A stretch of 64,000 nt of DNA from Candidatus Cloacimonadales bacterium (GTDB taxonomy: Bacteria > Cloacimonadota > Cloacimonadia > Cloacimonadales > JAIOQZ01). The stretch spans positions 3,136,001 through 3,200,000 of the forward strand of contig CAXXTU010000002.1 in assembly GCA_963662655.2 (NCBI GenBank), read 5' to 3'. This document shows, piece after piece, positions 9,180-19,241 of the stretch. A model generated the notes under the pieces. It ran no database searches, was not told the origin of the DNA, and saw nothing but the letters and a program-made list of their open reading frames with translations. The translations under genes were made by a program, and so were the position numbers. Each line of letters opens with the position of its first letter. Positions within the stretch are counted from its first letter, which is position 1.

Positions 9180-11033
9180 CTAGAGGAACGTCTTGATTTT
9201 ATCGAATATCTGCCGGGGCATGATTCCCAGCATGTCTTTGAGTTGCTCCACTTTTCCGTGCGTGACAAACTCGTCGGGGATGCCGAACGAATGTACCGTA
9301 ACACCGGTTCCGCCCATAAACGTTGATACTGCCTCGCCAAATCCGCCTGTGAGAGCATTGTCCTCGATGGTGACGATGTGCTTGACTCTGGTTGCCAGAT
9401 CGTTCAGGAGGCCGGTGTCGAGCGGTTTGACGAATCTAGCATTGATGAGCCAGGGCGTGCTATTCTCGTTTTCAGTGAAAAGCTTCGCGACTTCCTCGCC
9501 GTCTAGGACGCCTTTGCCCGTACCGATGATGGCTATATTACTACCTTCCTGCAGAACTTCCCATTTCCCCATCTTGATTACGGGATGTTCCGATTTGCAA
9601 TATCGTGCGCTTCCGCGTGGATAGCGGATTGCGATGGGCCCATCGTTGTAAGAAATGGCGTAGTCCATCATCGCTTCCATCTCTTCAGCACAGCATGGGG
9701 CGAGAATTTGGAGGTTGGGTATCAAGCGTAGGAACGAAAGATCGAAGACGCCGTGGTGGGTTGCGCCGTCGTCTCCAACGAGTCCCGCGCGGTCGAGACA
9801 GAACACGACCGGGAGTTTCTGGAGCGCGATGTCATGGATCACCTGGTCGATCGCACGTTGCAGGAACGTGGAGTAGATCGCCACAAACGGTTTGATTCCG
9901 CGAACGGCGAGTCCGCCGGCAAATGTGACGGCGTGCTGTTCGGCGATACCGACATCGAAGAAGCGATCGGGGTATTGCTTGGCGAAATCGGTGAGTCCTG
10001 TTCCGTCCGTCATTGCCGCTGTGATGGCAGCGACGTTGCTGTTTTCGGAAGCGAGCTTGCACAGTTTATCGCCAAAGACGTTGGAATAGGATTTCGACTT
10101 GGTGGAAAGGCTTGCGCCGGTTTTCTCTTCGTATGGGCCAACTCCGTGGAAAACACGAGCGTTGTTCTCTGCAAAATCGCAGCCTTTTCCCTTCTGGGTA
10201 ACAACGTGGATCAGAACCGGGCCAACGATGTTGTGCCGGGCTTTATTGAAGATATGAACCAGTCTGGGAAGATCGTGCCCATCGATGGGGCCGACATACT
10301 TGAAGCCGAGATCCTCAAATATAATGTTCGGGACGAGGATGTTGATGAGGCTCTCCTCCAGCTTTTGCGCACCGGTGATGAATTTTCGCCGGATGCTTGT
10401 GGGAAGGGTGTGCGAGAGGTCCCAAACGCGTTCTTTCAGAGTGTTGTAGGTTTTACTGACCAGGATATTGGTCATGTAGCTTTGTAGTGCGCCAACGTTC
10501 TTGGAGATGGACATGGCGTTGTCGTTGAGGATAACGATGAGGTTTTTCTGGAGATGGCCGCAGTGATTGATCGCCTCCAGCGCCATTCCACCGGTGAGAG
10601 CGCCGTCGCCTATAACGGCGATGGTTCTGCTCTTTCGTCCGAGCATTTCGTCGGCCACGTTGATGCCGAGTCCCGCCGAAATGGATGTGCTCGAGTGCCC
10701 CACGCCAAAGGCGTCGTACTCGCTCTCGAAGATGTTATTGAATCCGCTGATTCCCCCGAATTGGCGCAGGGTATCGAAGCGGTCGTTGCGTTCGGTGAGG
10801 ATTTTCCAGGCGTACGATTGGTGACCGACGTCCCACACCACGCGGTCGCGCTTGGGATTGAATACCCTAAGAAGGGCGATCGCGATGTCGACAGCGCCGA
10901 GGCTGGGAGCCAGGTGACCGCCGTTTTTCGCGGTGACCTCAATGATTCGGTTTCGTACGTCCTCTGCCAAGACTTTCAGTTGCGCAAGTGAAAGCTTGCG
11001 TATATCTTCCGGTTTATTGATTTTTTCGAGCAT
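9180..11033 (-). CDS. dxs: 1-deoxy-D-xylulose-5-phosphate synthase
   Basis: GGHLAPSLG, WDVGHQ, GDGALTGG, GIAEQHA, DRAGLVGDDGATH, IRYPRG. Confidence 0.97.
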   Translation of the reverse strand: MLEKINKPEDIRKLSLAQLKVLAEDVRNRIIEVTAKNGGHLAPSLGAVDIAIALLRVFNPKRDRVVWDVGHQSYAWKILTERNDRFDTLRQFGGISGFNNIFESEYDAFGVGHSSTSISAGLGINVADEMLGRKSRTIAVIGDGALTGGMALEAINHCGHLQKNLIVILNDNAMSISKNVGALQSYMTNILVSKTYNTLKERVWDLSHTLPTSIRRKFITGAQKLEESLINILVPNIIFEDLGFKYVGPIDGHDLPRLVHIFNKARHNIVGPVLIHVVTQKGKGCDFAENNARVFHGVGPYEEKTGASLSTKSKSYSNVFGDKLCKLASENSNVAAITAAMTDGTGLTDFAKQYPDRFFDVGIAEQHAVTFAGGLAVRGIKPFVAIYSTFLQRAIDQVIHDIALQKLPVVFCLDRAGLVGDDGATHHGVFDLSFLRLIPNLQILAPCCAEEMEAMMDYAISYNDGPIAIRYPRGSARYCKSEHPVIKMGKWEVLQEGSNIAIIGTGKGVLDGEEVAKLFTENENSTPWLINARFVKPLDTGLLNDLATRVKHIVTIEDNALTGGFGEAVSTFMGGTGVTVHSFGIPDEFVTHGKVEQLKDMLGIMPRQIFDKIKTFL

Positions 11034-11199
11034 ATCTCTATCCTTTCTACTTTACACCAGTGAAATAGTATATTTAAAACGGAATAACTGTCAACCTGTT
11101 TCGGGGGAAATCGGCGAGTGAGCTTGTGGCATCGCTTGATAACGTTGTTTGCGATATGGCTCCGAGGTTATTCGGTGATGGTGTGTGATGGACACACGT

Positions 11200-11387
11200 C
11201 CGGCACGGCATCTTCGCCCAGTCTCCCACGAAAATGTGGATATACCACAGCCGATTATCCACTAACATGATTTCGAGGAACGAAATCACAGCGTTCATGA
11301 TTTCGTTTTCGTTGCACGAAAGCCGAAAATTGGCTGTGAAACACCACAATTTCGTGGGAGATTGAACCAATCTGCTCGCGCCTCGTT
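11200..11387. repeat. 188-bp structured intergenic repeat, family B, copy 1
   Basis: Direct repeat of 14706-14893, same length. Folds as a long imperfect hairpin with compensatory changes between the copies. Confidence 0.85.
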
Positions 11388-11405
11388 GGCGAAGCTTAAT
11401 GATTG

Positions 11406-13922
11406 TTATAGTTTCTTGAGCAGGTAGCGCAGGATTTCCATCGTCTCCTGCTTGCCGGAGGAGCCTTTGAGTGGAGCCGGACCGACGCAGGATGGGCATC
11501 CTTCGTCGCAGGTACAGTTTTCGATCAGGTCGAGGGCATTCGCGAGAAGGTCGCGGTGGATATCGTAGAGCTTGCGACTCAGGCCGATGCCTCCCCCTGC
11601 CGCATCGTAAACGATGATGGCGGGTTTTCCGCCGGTCAGGGGAGAGCGGATTTGAGAGAGCACGCCGAGGTCGGTGTAATCGCACATGAGATAGAGTGGA
11701 GAGAGGTGTCTCAGGACGTGCGTGAGACCGTTCAGTCCGCTCTGGATGTATACGTTGAATTCCGCGATCCGGTGGCATGATGGGCAAAGTGTGACGAGGT
11801 TCTCGGGAAGGTTGGCGATATCCGGATTGGGGCATGCACGGAAGGGGATGATATGATGAACGTCGAGCGCTCTTTCACCTTCCTCTTTACCGCAGTGCTG
11901 GCACTTGTAGCCGTCTCTTTTGCGAATCGTTTTTTTAATGCTTTCCCAGAAGGGGCCGTATTGATTGGGATCGCTGCCCCAGATACCGGTTTCCCGGAAA
12001 TGATCCACCGTTTCGTCGGGAAGTCCGAACCAGAAGCCGCAGGTGTGCAGGTCGGTCGGGGGGAGCTTGACTTCTCCGTAGCCCAGCACCTCATTCGTCT
12101 GGAATTTCAGCTTGCGGAATCCGGTCACGGTTCTTGTAACCTGGAGGTTGCCGTAATAGATCAGGTATTTGCCGGCGTTGTTCTCGAGTTCGATGCCTTC
12201 CGGTTGAACCTCGGTGTCGCTCATGGCGTCCGTGTAGTAATCGGTTTCCATCTCGCGAAGCTTGACGATGGCGCTGTCCAAATCCAGCTTTCCGACCAGG
12301 TAACTTTGGCCTTCGTGGAAGTATACCGCCTGAGGATGGGTGAGCCAGAACGCGCTGTTGTAATCGATCTTGCCGATCACTTTAACAGTGTCGTCCTCCG
12401 TATCGAGCTGGAGGGTAAACGTTTGCGGAGAACTGCTTCGCAATGAGACGCCTTCGGAAGGATAACGCTCGTCCATCCAGAACCAGCGCTCTCCCGACTG
12501 GTGGAGGACTCCCTGTTCCTGCAAAATCTGGAGGATATCGTTGACTTCGTCGTGCGGCACGCTTCCAAAGCTTTCTCCACTCCGGAAGGGAAGTTCGAAC
12601 GCTGCGCACTGGATGTGCTGGAACAGGATGAACAGGTGGTTTGCGTTGATCAGGCAGCTCTCGGGCGATCTGCCGAAGAAGTACTCGGGATGGGAGGCGA
12701 GAAACTGGTCGATGGGACGCGCTGCAAGGACGAGGACTGCCAGAGAAACACGATCGCGCCTTCCCGCTCTTCCCGCCTGCTGCCATGTGGAGGCGATCGA
12801 GCCCGGGTATCCGTTGATGAGCGCGACGTCAAGGTGCCCGATATCGATGCCTGCTTCCAGCGCGCTTGTCGCGACCACGCTTCGAATGAATCCGCTCTGC
12901 AAGTCCTCCTCGATTTTGCGCCGCTGGCGGGGGAGGTAGCCGCTTCGGTATCCGCGAATTCTGTCCGAAGATACGATGCCGGAATCGCGTAAGTATCGCA
13001 GGATCAGCTCGACAGATTTTCTGGAGATGGTGAACACAATACTCTGGAGGCCGTTTTCGATCACATCCAGATTCAAGCGGATGGCTTCCTGCATGCTGCT
13101 GCGCCGGATACCGAGCTGTTTATTGACGATGGGGGGATTGTACAGGATGAAGTATTTCGCGCCCCTTCCCGCGCCGTCCTCCAGGATGGTGTGAACCGGC
13201 TCCTCGATGAGGTTTTTCGCGTGCTCTTCGGGGTTGGAGATGGTCGCGGATGTCATGATGAAGATGGGTTTCGCGCCGTAAAATGCGGCAATTCGTTTCA
13301 GGCGGCGTATCACGTTGGCAACGTGGCTCCCGAAGATTCCCCGGTAGCTGTGGATTTCATCGATAACGATGTACCGGAGAGATCGCATGAGGTGCTTCCA
13401 GCGTGTGTGGTGGGGCAAAACGCCTGTATGGAGCATGTCGGGATTGGTTATCACGACTCGCGCGTTCTCGCGGATGGGCTTCCGGTGATCCTTGGGTGTA
13501 TCGCCATCGTAGATGCCTATGGAGAGGTCCGTCATTTGCGGAATGATCTGCTCGAACTGCTTCCGTTGATCCTGCGCAAGGGCTTTGGTGGGGAAGAGGT
13601 AGAGCGCTCTGGCTTGTTGGTCTTTCAGGAGGGTGTTGGCCACCGGAAGATTATAGCACAGCGTCTTGCCGCTGGCAACACCGGTCACGATAACGGTGTG
13701 GTTGCCCTGATGGATGCTGTCGAAGGCCTGGCGCTGATGAGAGTACAATTTGCGAATACCCTGGTAATCGAGCAAGGCTGAGAGGCGGGGATCGAGCGCT
13801 TCGGGGAAGTCCGTCCACTGGGCATTTCGTTCCGGGGTGAAATGGAAGTAGGTGTTCTGCTTATGCAGTTTGCGTACAAGCGTTGCGATTCGTTTATCGA
13901 CGGAGCCGTTTGGGTTCTTCAT
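11406..13922 (-). CDS. DEAD/DEAH-box helicase with DUF1998 (MrfA/YprA/Hrq-like) and an inserted HNH domain
   Basis: LYSHQ, ASGKT, DEIH, SAT, QQAGRAGR and C-terminal C-x-C-xx-GCPSC. HNH-type insert RDGYKCQHCG...DVHHIIP...NLVTLCPSCH. Start chosen at ATG 13922 rather than the track's 13964. Confidence 0.9.
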   Translation of the reverse strand: MKNPNGSVDKRIATLVRKLHKQNTYFHFTPERNAQWTDFPEALDPRLSALLDYQGIRKLYSHQRQAFDSIHQGNHTVIVTGVASGKTLCYNLPVANTLLKDQQARALYLFPTKALAQDQRKQFEQIIPQMTDLSIGIYDGDTPKDHRKPIRENARVVITNPDMLHTGVLPHHTRWKHLMRSLRYIVIDEIHSYRGIFGSHVANVIRRLKRIAAFYGAKPIFIMTSATISNPEEHAKNLIEEPVHTILEDGAGRGAKYFILYNPPIVNKQLGIRRSSMQEAIRLNLDVIENGLQSIVFTISRKSVELILRYLRDSGIVSSDRIRGYRSGYLPRQRRKIEEDLQSGFIRSVVATSALEAGIDIGHLDVALINGYPGSIASTWQQAGRAGRRDRVSLAVLVLAARPIDQFLASHPEYFFGRSPESCLINANHLFILFQHIQCAAFELPFRSGESFGSVPHDEVNDILQILQEQGVLHQSGERWFWMDERYPSEGVSLRSSSPQTFTLQLDTEDDTVKVIGKIDYNSAFWLTHPQAVYFHEGQSYLVGKLDLDSAIVKLREMETDYYTDAMSDTEVQPEGIELENNAGKYLIYYGNLQVTRTVTGFRKLKFQTNEVLGYGEVKLPPTDLHTCGFWFGLPDETVDHFRETGIWGSDPNQYGPFWESIKKTIRKRDGYKCQHCGKEEGERALDVHHIIPFRACPNPDIANLPENLVTLCPSCHRIAEFNVYIQSGLNGLTHVLRHLSPLYLMCDYTDLGVLSQIRSPLTGGKPAIIVYDAAGGGIGLSRKLYDIHRDLLANALDLIENCTCDEGCPSCVGPAPLKGSSGKQETMEILRYLLKKL

Positions 13923-13964
13923 TTTTATTGACTTCCAACCTCTCTGTGCATTTTGGTTTCCCAC

Positions 13965-14684
13965 ATGAGAACATTTGTAATACCTGAATTCACCGAAGAG
14001 ATTGTCAAAGTAAAAATCGAGATTATCCGGCAGGAACTGCTCGAAAAAGCGGCAGAACTCGATCGGGAGAATTTTACGCGAATCAGCGTTGGCGATCTTG
14101 TGCTGCTCTTCGATTTGTATAATCGGGAGTTCTTTTTGGGAGAATTTCCGTCGAGTTGGAAGATCGATTACAGCTTTTCAAATCGTATGACACGCACGGC
14201 AGGAAAAGTCATCTATCATCGAATAAAAAAGACGTGCGAGATTGTTATCGCCACGCGCTTGCTTCTGCGACTCGATTTCGGCGACGCGGGAAGGTTCTAC
14301 GTCGTGAATGGTGTCAGGTGCCACACACGTCTGGAGTGCCTGATGCGTGTCTTCGAGCACGAACTGATTCATGTGCTCGAGTTTGTGCTGTTCGGTTTTT
14401 CAAGCTGCTCGAAGCCGCGCTTTCGCATGATGGCTTATGGGCTTTTCGGGCATACGAAGACCAAGCATGAGCTTTTCGGAAAACCTCAAGAACCTGTGAT
14501 AAAGGATGTTTTCAGGGCGGGTGACCGGGTTTACTTCAAATACGATGGCGAGACCATCGAGGGTGTGATAAAAGGGATTCGTAAACGGGCGACAGTGATC
14601 TGCGAAGAGGGGAAGAGCAGCAAAAGGGGGCGGGTTGTCCGCAAATTCTACGTACCGCTTTCAAGGTTGGAGAAGGTGGAGTGA
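13965..14684 (+). CDS. SprT-like zinc metalloprotease-domain protein with a C-terminal SH3-like domain
   Basis: SNRMTRTAGK and HELIH motifs typical of SprT. C-terminal FRAGDRVYF...GVIKGIRKRATV. Start at ATG 13965 is inferred. Confidence 0.75.
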   Translation: MRTFVIPEFTEEIVKVKIEIIRQELLEKAAELDRENFTRISVGDLVLLFDLYNREFFLGEFPSSWKIDYSFSNRMTRTAGKVIYHRIKKTCEIVIATRLLLRLDFGDAGRFYVVNGVRCHTRLECLMRVFEHELIHVLEFVLFGFSSCSKPRFRMMAYGLFGHTKTKHELFGKPQEPVIKDVFRAGDRVYFKYDGETIEGVIKGIRKRATVICEEGKSSKRGRVVRKFYVPLSRLEKVE

Positions 14685-14705
14685 GTTTTGTGCTGCGATG
14701 TGCGA

Positions 14706-14893
14706 CCGGCGCGGCATCTTCGCCCGTTCCGACGCGAAATGTGGATATACCACAGCCGATTATCCACTCTCGTTATTTCGCTCCGCGAAAGACTTTCGTT
14801 CGAAGATTTCGTTTTCGTTGCACGAAAGCCGAAAATTGGCTGTGAAACACCACGATTTCGCGTCGGATCGAACGAATCTGCTCGCGCCTCGTT
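14706..14893. repeat. 188-bp structured intergenic repeat, family B, copy 2
   Basis: Same length and ends (ccggc...cctcgtt) as 11200-11387, with a covarying stem. Confidence 0.85.
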
Positions 14894-14995
14894 TAGTTTG
14901 TCTGGATGATGTCACTAAAGGGAATCACGATAGAACTGGACAAGCGCAACCGGTAAAAGAAAATGGTATGTGAAAATGATCAGATTGGAGTAAGC

Positions 14996-16153
14996 ATGAT
15001 AATACCCGATTACGAAGGCAATTCGATCGTCAACCTCGTTTCAACCGTTATCGCCGCCGAGGGGCAGGATCCGCAACATTCAGTACTGAGAGACTTCGAC
15101 GCGTCCCATTGGGGGGATTACCGGAATATTCTTCTTGTGGTTCTGGATGGGATGGGTGACGAATTCTTGCAGAAGCAGTTCCCCGATTCGTTTTTAAACC
15201 GTCATCGTGTACGGCGAATGACCTCCGTTTTTCCGACAACGACAGCGACGGCGATCACGAGTTTCCTGAGCGCTCAGACGCCTCTGGAGCATGCGATAAC
15301 CGGCTGGTATATGTATCTTCGGGAGGTCGGTGCGGCATCGGTTTTACTGCCGTTCAAGCCGCGTTATGCCAGGAAAACCGGTTTTGACTTCGAGGGGATC
15401 ACCGGGGAGCAGATTCTCGATTTCGACCGGGCGTTTGCGCATATTCACCGGAAGAAGTGCTATGTCACGCCATCGTATCTGATCGGATCTCCCTACAACG
15501 CCTACGCGAGTCCCGATAGCCAGAAGTTTGGCTATAACACGTTCGGCGGATTTTTTAAGCAGATACGCAAGGCCGTTCGTCAGGGAGACGAGAAGAAGTA
15601 TATCTATGCTTACTGGTCCAAAGTGGATGCACTGATGCATCGCTACGGCACGACGAGCGAGGAGGTGGCGAGCCACTTCAACGAGCTCGACCAGCGCATG
15701 GAGTATTTGGTGAAGTCAATTCAAGATGAGGACACGCTCGTGATAATCACCGCCGATCATGGATTGATCGACACGACGCCGACGCGCGCCCTTAGCGTGG
15801 ACGATTATCCCAAGCTGAAGGATTACCTGATTCTCCCGCTTTGCGGTGAGCCGAGAGTGGGGTACGCGTATGTGCGGAACGGAAAGACCAACGAGTTCCT
15901 TCAGTACATGAACGATAACCTGAGCAATGTATGCGATATCATCACGCAGGAAGAGGCGATCCGGAGCGGGGTTTTCGGCAGCGGTGTTCCGGGTATGAAA
16001 TTCCGTGACCGCATTGGTGACTATATCCTCCTGATGAAAGAGAATTATGTGCTCAAGGATCATGTGATCAACGAAACGCCTCCTGATTTCATCGGGTATC
16101 ACGGGGGCCTTTCGGAGAAGGAACTGTTTGTTCCGTTGATTGTTGTTGAATAG
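14996..16153 (+). CDS. Alkaline phosphatase-superfamily / nucleotide pyrophosphatase-phosphodiesterase protein
   Basis: LVVLDGMG, SVFPTTT, DALMH, TADHG and GYHGG motifs. GGAG RBS before ATG 14996. Confidence 0.85.
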   Translation: MIIPDYEGNSIVNLVSTVIAAEGQDPQHSVLRDFDASHWGDYRNILLVVLDGMGDEFLQKQFPDSFLNRHRVRRMTSVFPTTTATAITSFLSAQTPLEHAITGWYMYLREVGAASVLLPFKPRYARKTGFDFEGITGEQILDFDRAFAHIHRKKCYVTPSYLIGSPYNAYASPDSQKFGYNTFGGFFKQIRKAVRQGDEKKYIYAYWSKVDALMHRYGTTSEEVASHFNELDQRMEYLVKSIQDEDTLVIITADHGLIDTTPTRALSVDDYPKLKDYLILPLCGEPRVGYAYVRNGKTNEFLQYMNDNLSNVCDIITQEEAIRSGVFGSGVPGMKFRDRIGDYILLMKENYVLKDHVINETPPDFIGYHGGLSEKELFVPLIVVE

Positions 16154-16245
16154 GATCGTGGGTCGGTGGTCATTTTGTGAAAACCATTGACACGATTGTA
16201 TATAGTAAGAAAATTCAAAAAATAAAATAATAAGGTGGGGTAAAA

Positions 16246-17370
16246 ATGGAAGTCAAAGGAGTCGTGGAGTATTTTGTGGAGCTGATCCAGATCGACAGCG
16301 AATCGAAGAACGAGAAGAACGTAGCCGTTCGCATCGCGGATGACCTGATCGCCATGGGGGCGGAGGTTCACTTCGATAGCGCTCATGAGAAGACCGGCGG
16401 TAACGTGGGTAATCTCTATGCTCGCTTCAAGGGGGACATCGACAAGGATCCAATCCTTTTCAGCGCTCACATGGATACTGTCAAGCCGGGCAACGGTATC
16501 AAGCCGGTCCTCGGCGCGGGAATGATCCGTTCGGATGGAACGACCATTCTCGGTTCGGACGATAAATCCGGCATCGCACAGATTGTGTGCGCGATCCATG
16601 AGCTACAGGCGTCCGGCGAAAAACTGCCTCCCATCGAAATATTGTTCACCATCTCGGAAGAGATAGGCCTCTTGGGCGCGAAATACGCGGATTACGACTG
16701 GTTCAAATCGAAACTCGGCTTCGCGCTCGATTCGCACGACGTTGGTGGCTTCATGATTGCCGCGCCGTCACAGAATTCGGTGCAGTACATCATCTACGGC
16801 AAGGAGTCTCACGCGGGCGCCGAGCCGGAGAATGGCGTTAACGCCATCAAGATTGCGGCGGATGCAATCTCGAAGATGAAGCTTGGGCGCATCGATGAAG
16901 AGACGACATGCAATATCGGAATCATCGAGGGCGGACTGGCAACGAACATCGTTCCTAACAAGGTTGTGATCAAGGGCGAGGCGAGAAGCCACGACCCGGC
17001 GAAGCTGGAAGCGACCACCAACGCGATGACGGAAGCTGTCGAAGAAGCCGTGAAAGCGGCCAAGACAGATTTCTTCACACCCAAAGCCGATGCCAGGATT
17101 CACAAGGAATATTCGTCGTTCACGACTCCCGCGGATGCGGAAGTCACCAAGCTCGCGATCAAGGCAACAGAGAGAATCGGCCTCACCCCGAGAACCTACC
17201 GTGGCGGCGGCGGAAGCGATGCGAACATCATTTGCAAGCACGGGATTTCCATGATCGTGGGCGGAACGGGTATGGACAACGTTCACACGGTGAACGAGTG
17301 CATCAAGATCAAGGATCTCGAAGACGGCTGCCACTGGGTGAAAGAAGTCATACGCCTCTACGGAGAATAA
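16246..17370 (+). CDS. M20 family peptidase (peptidase T-like)
   Basis: SAHMDTV, GSDDKSG, EEIG, HAG, GGGSDAN, NVHT. Confidence 0.9.
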   Translation: MEVKGVVEYFVELIQIDSESKNEKNVAVRIADDLIAMGAEVHFDSAHEKTGGNVGNLYARFKGDIDKDPILFSAHMDTVKPGNGIKPVLGAGMIRSDGTTILGSDDKSGIAQIVCAIHELQASGEKLPPIEILFTISEEIGLLGAKYADYDWFKSKLGFALDSHDVGGFMIAAPSQNSVQYIIYGKESHAGAEPENGVNAIKIAADAISKMKLGRIDEETTCNIGIIEGGLATNIVPNKVVIKGEARSHDPAKLEATTNAMTEAVEEAVKAAKTDFFTPKADARIHKEYSSFTTPADAEVTKLAIKATERIGLTPRTYRGGGGSDANIICKHGISMIVGGTGMDNVHTVNECIKIKDLEDGCHWVKEVIRLYGE

Positions 17371-17372
17371 TC

Positions 17373-18113
17373 GTGCAAAAACTCAAGATTGCCCTCGTCG
17401 GATACGGCCAGATGGGTAAGATTCTGGAGCGAATGGCTCCGGAGCATGGGTGCGAGGTTGTGGCGATCATCGACCCGTATCAGGAAGGATATCCATCCGA
17501 AATAACGCCGGAGACGCTCAAAGACGCCGAGGTCTGCATCGAATTCACCCAGCCAGATGCGGTGATCGGCAATATGAAGGCGATCGCTGCCTGCGGAAGA
17601 AACATGGTGGTGGGTACAACGGGCTGGAAACCGGAAGATGTGCGTATCGACGGTACAAAGATCGGCATGGTGTATGGCTCGAATTTCTCGGTGGGGATGA
17701 ATGCGATGTACTTGATCGTCGAGGCGGCGGCCAACGTAATGAATGCCCTGCCGGAGTACGATCCCTACGGCTACGAACTGCACCACAAGCTGAAAAAGGA
17801 CAGCCCGTCCGGCACGGCCAGGACGCTTGCGGGGATTCTGCTGGAGAATATCGATCGGAAAGACCGTGCGCTCTACGACTGCATCGAGCGGAAGATCGAA
17901 CCGGAAGAATTGCATTTTTCCAGCACGCGAGCTGGGAACATCCCCGGCGAGCATGTGATCGGATTCGACTCGGCTGCCGATTCGATACAGATTGTTCACA
18001 CGGCCCGAAATCGCGAGGGTTTAGCGCTCGGAGCGATCAAGGCAGCCAAATGGATTGCAGGAAAAAAGGGCGTTCACGATTTCCGAGCTATTTTCCGGGA
18101 GCTGGTAAAATGA
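17373..18113 (+). CDS. dapB: 4-hydroxy-tetrahydrodipicolinate reductase
   Basis: GYGQMG, VGTTGW, NFSVG, ELHHKLKKDSPSGTA. GTG start at 17373, just after the upstream stop. Confidence 0.93.
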   Translation: MQKLKIALVGYGQMGKILERMAPEHGCEVVAIIDPYQEGYPSEITPETLKDAEVCIEFTQPDAVIGNMKAIAACGRNMVVGTTGWKPEDVRIDGTKIGMVYGSNFSVGMNAMYLIVEAAANVMNALPEYDPYGYELHHKLKKDSPSGTARTLAGILLENIDRKDRALYDCIERKIEPEELHFSSTRAGNIPGEHVIGFDSAADSIQIVHTARNREGLALGAIKAAKWIAGKKGVHDFRAIFRELVK

Positions 18114-18904
18114 GATTACCCTTCTTCAAGATGCACGCCCAGGGCAACGACTACATCTACTTCGATTTCCACGATCGCGAGATTCCAGACATTTCCTTCA
18201 GAGAGCTCTCGCAGAGGCTTTCCACGCGCAGATTCGGGATTGGCGCGGACGGCGTCGTTCTCATTCTGCCGCCTTCGAACGACGAGCATGACGCCCGGAT
18301 GCGCATATTCAACGCGGACGGAGGCGAGGCCGAGCTTTGCGGCTCAGCGTTGCGATGCATCACCGCGTATCTGGCGGGAAAGAAGGGGAGGGATTCCATC
18401 CTGATCGAGACACTGGCCGGCTTCAAGAAGGGCACCGTGCTTCAGCGGGAACCGTATTGGATCACGCAGGTTAAAATGGGCAAGCCGTCCCTCGTTGCCG
18501 AGCGTAAAGTGCAGGGGCTGGTCGGGCTGGAAATCGACATGGGGAATCCTCATTTTGTCATCTACGACGACAAGGGTCCCATTACGGACATCATGCGCAT
18601 TGGGCCTATGCTCGAAAAGGACGGACAATTTCCCGGAGGCGTCAATGTTCATTACGTTGTACCGGAGAATCCAACCACGATCCACATGGGGATTTGGGAG
18701 CGTGGCAGCGGTCCGACACTCGCGTGCGGGACAGGAGCTTGCGCTGCGGCATACGCGGGGATCCGACTGGGGATATTGACGGGCGCTGTCATCGATGTGC
18801 ACCAGCCGGGAGGGATCACCCGGGTTCATTTCGATGCCGAAACGCAGGATGTGCGATTGTCCGGAGAAGTGACCTTCGTGTTCGATGGTTTCGTGGAGAG
18901 CTAG
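18110..18904 (+). CDS. dapF: Diaminopimelate epimerase
   Basis: KMHAQGNDY, GIGADG, FNADG, ELCG, MGNPH, WERGSGPTLACGTG. ATGA overlap with the dapB stop. Confidence 0.93.
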   Translation: MRLPFFKMHAQGNDYIYFDFHDREIPDISFRELSQRLSTRRFGIGADGVVLILPPSNDEHDARMRIFNADGGEAELCGSALRCITAYLAGKKGRDSILIETLAGFKKGTVLQREPYWITQVKMGKPSLVAERKVQGLVGLEIDMGNPHFVIYDDKGPITDIMRIGPMLEKDGQFPGGVNVHYVVPENPTTIHMGIWERGSGPTLACGTGACAAAYAGIRLGILTGAVIDVHQPGGITRVHFDAETQDVRLSGEVTFVFDGFVES

Positions 18905-19241
18905 TCTTCTTCAAGTATCTCGTTAATAAAAATGAATAGCAGCCATTTTTCAGAAGCTAATTACAAAACGATTATTTGTTTGTAGTACATCTTCATGTAA
19001 TGCTTTCCCGTGAAATGAGTTAGACTTGAGTTCCGTTTACGCTATTACCCTTGGGATCGACAATTAATGCAAGATACTTTGGTCTTAATGGTGAAACGAA
19101 CTATATTAATAACGAAAGGTTTATAAAATACCTGTAAATTCTCATTGCCTAATTTGATAGCAGATGAAAAAGGTGGTTTGCGGACAATGAGATATCAAAA
19201 ACACGTCGTAAAAAGCACTGTCTGCCTTAAAGGATTCTTCT

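Noticed and set aside
11406..13922. DISARM or Druantia-type defence system based on DUF1998
   Set aside because: The architecture is the stand-alone MrfA/Hrq type, and no methylase, drm or PLD genes are adjacent.
11200..14893. Integron attC sites, group II intron remnants or hammerhead ribozymes as the identity of family B
   Set aside because: No RYYYAAC/GTTRRRY ends, domain V motif or CUGAUGA/GAAA core was seen, and no integrase or RT is in the window.
17232..18109. N-terminal extensions of dapB (from 17232) and dapF (from 17450) suggesting fusions
   Set aside because: The extensions overlap upstream genes; family motifs begin at 17373 and 18110, consistent with translational coupling.
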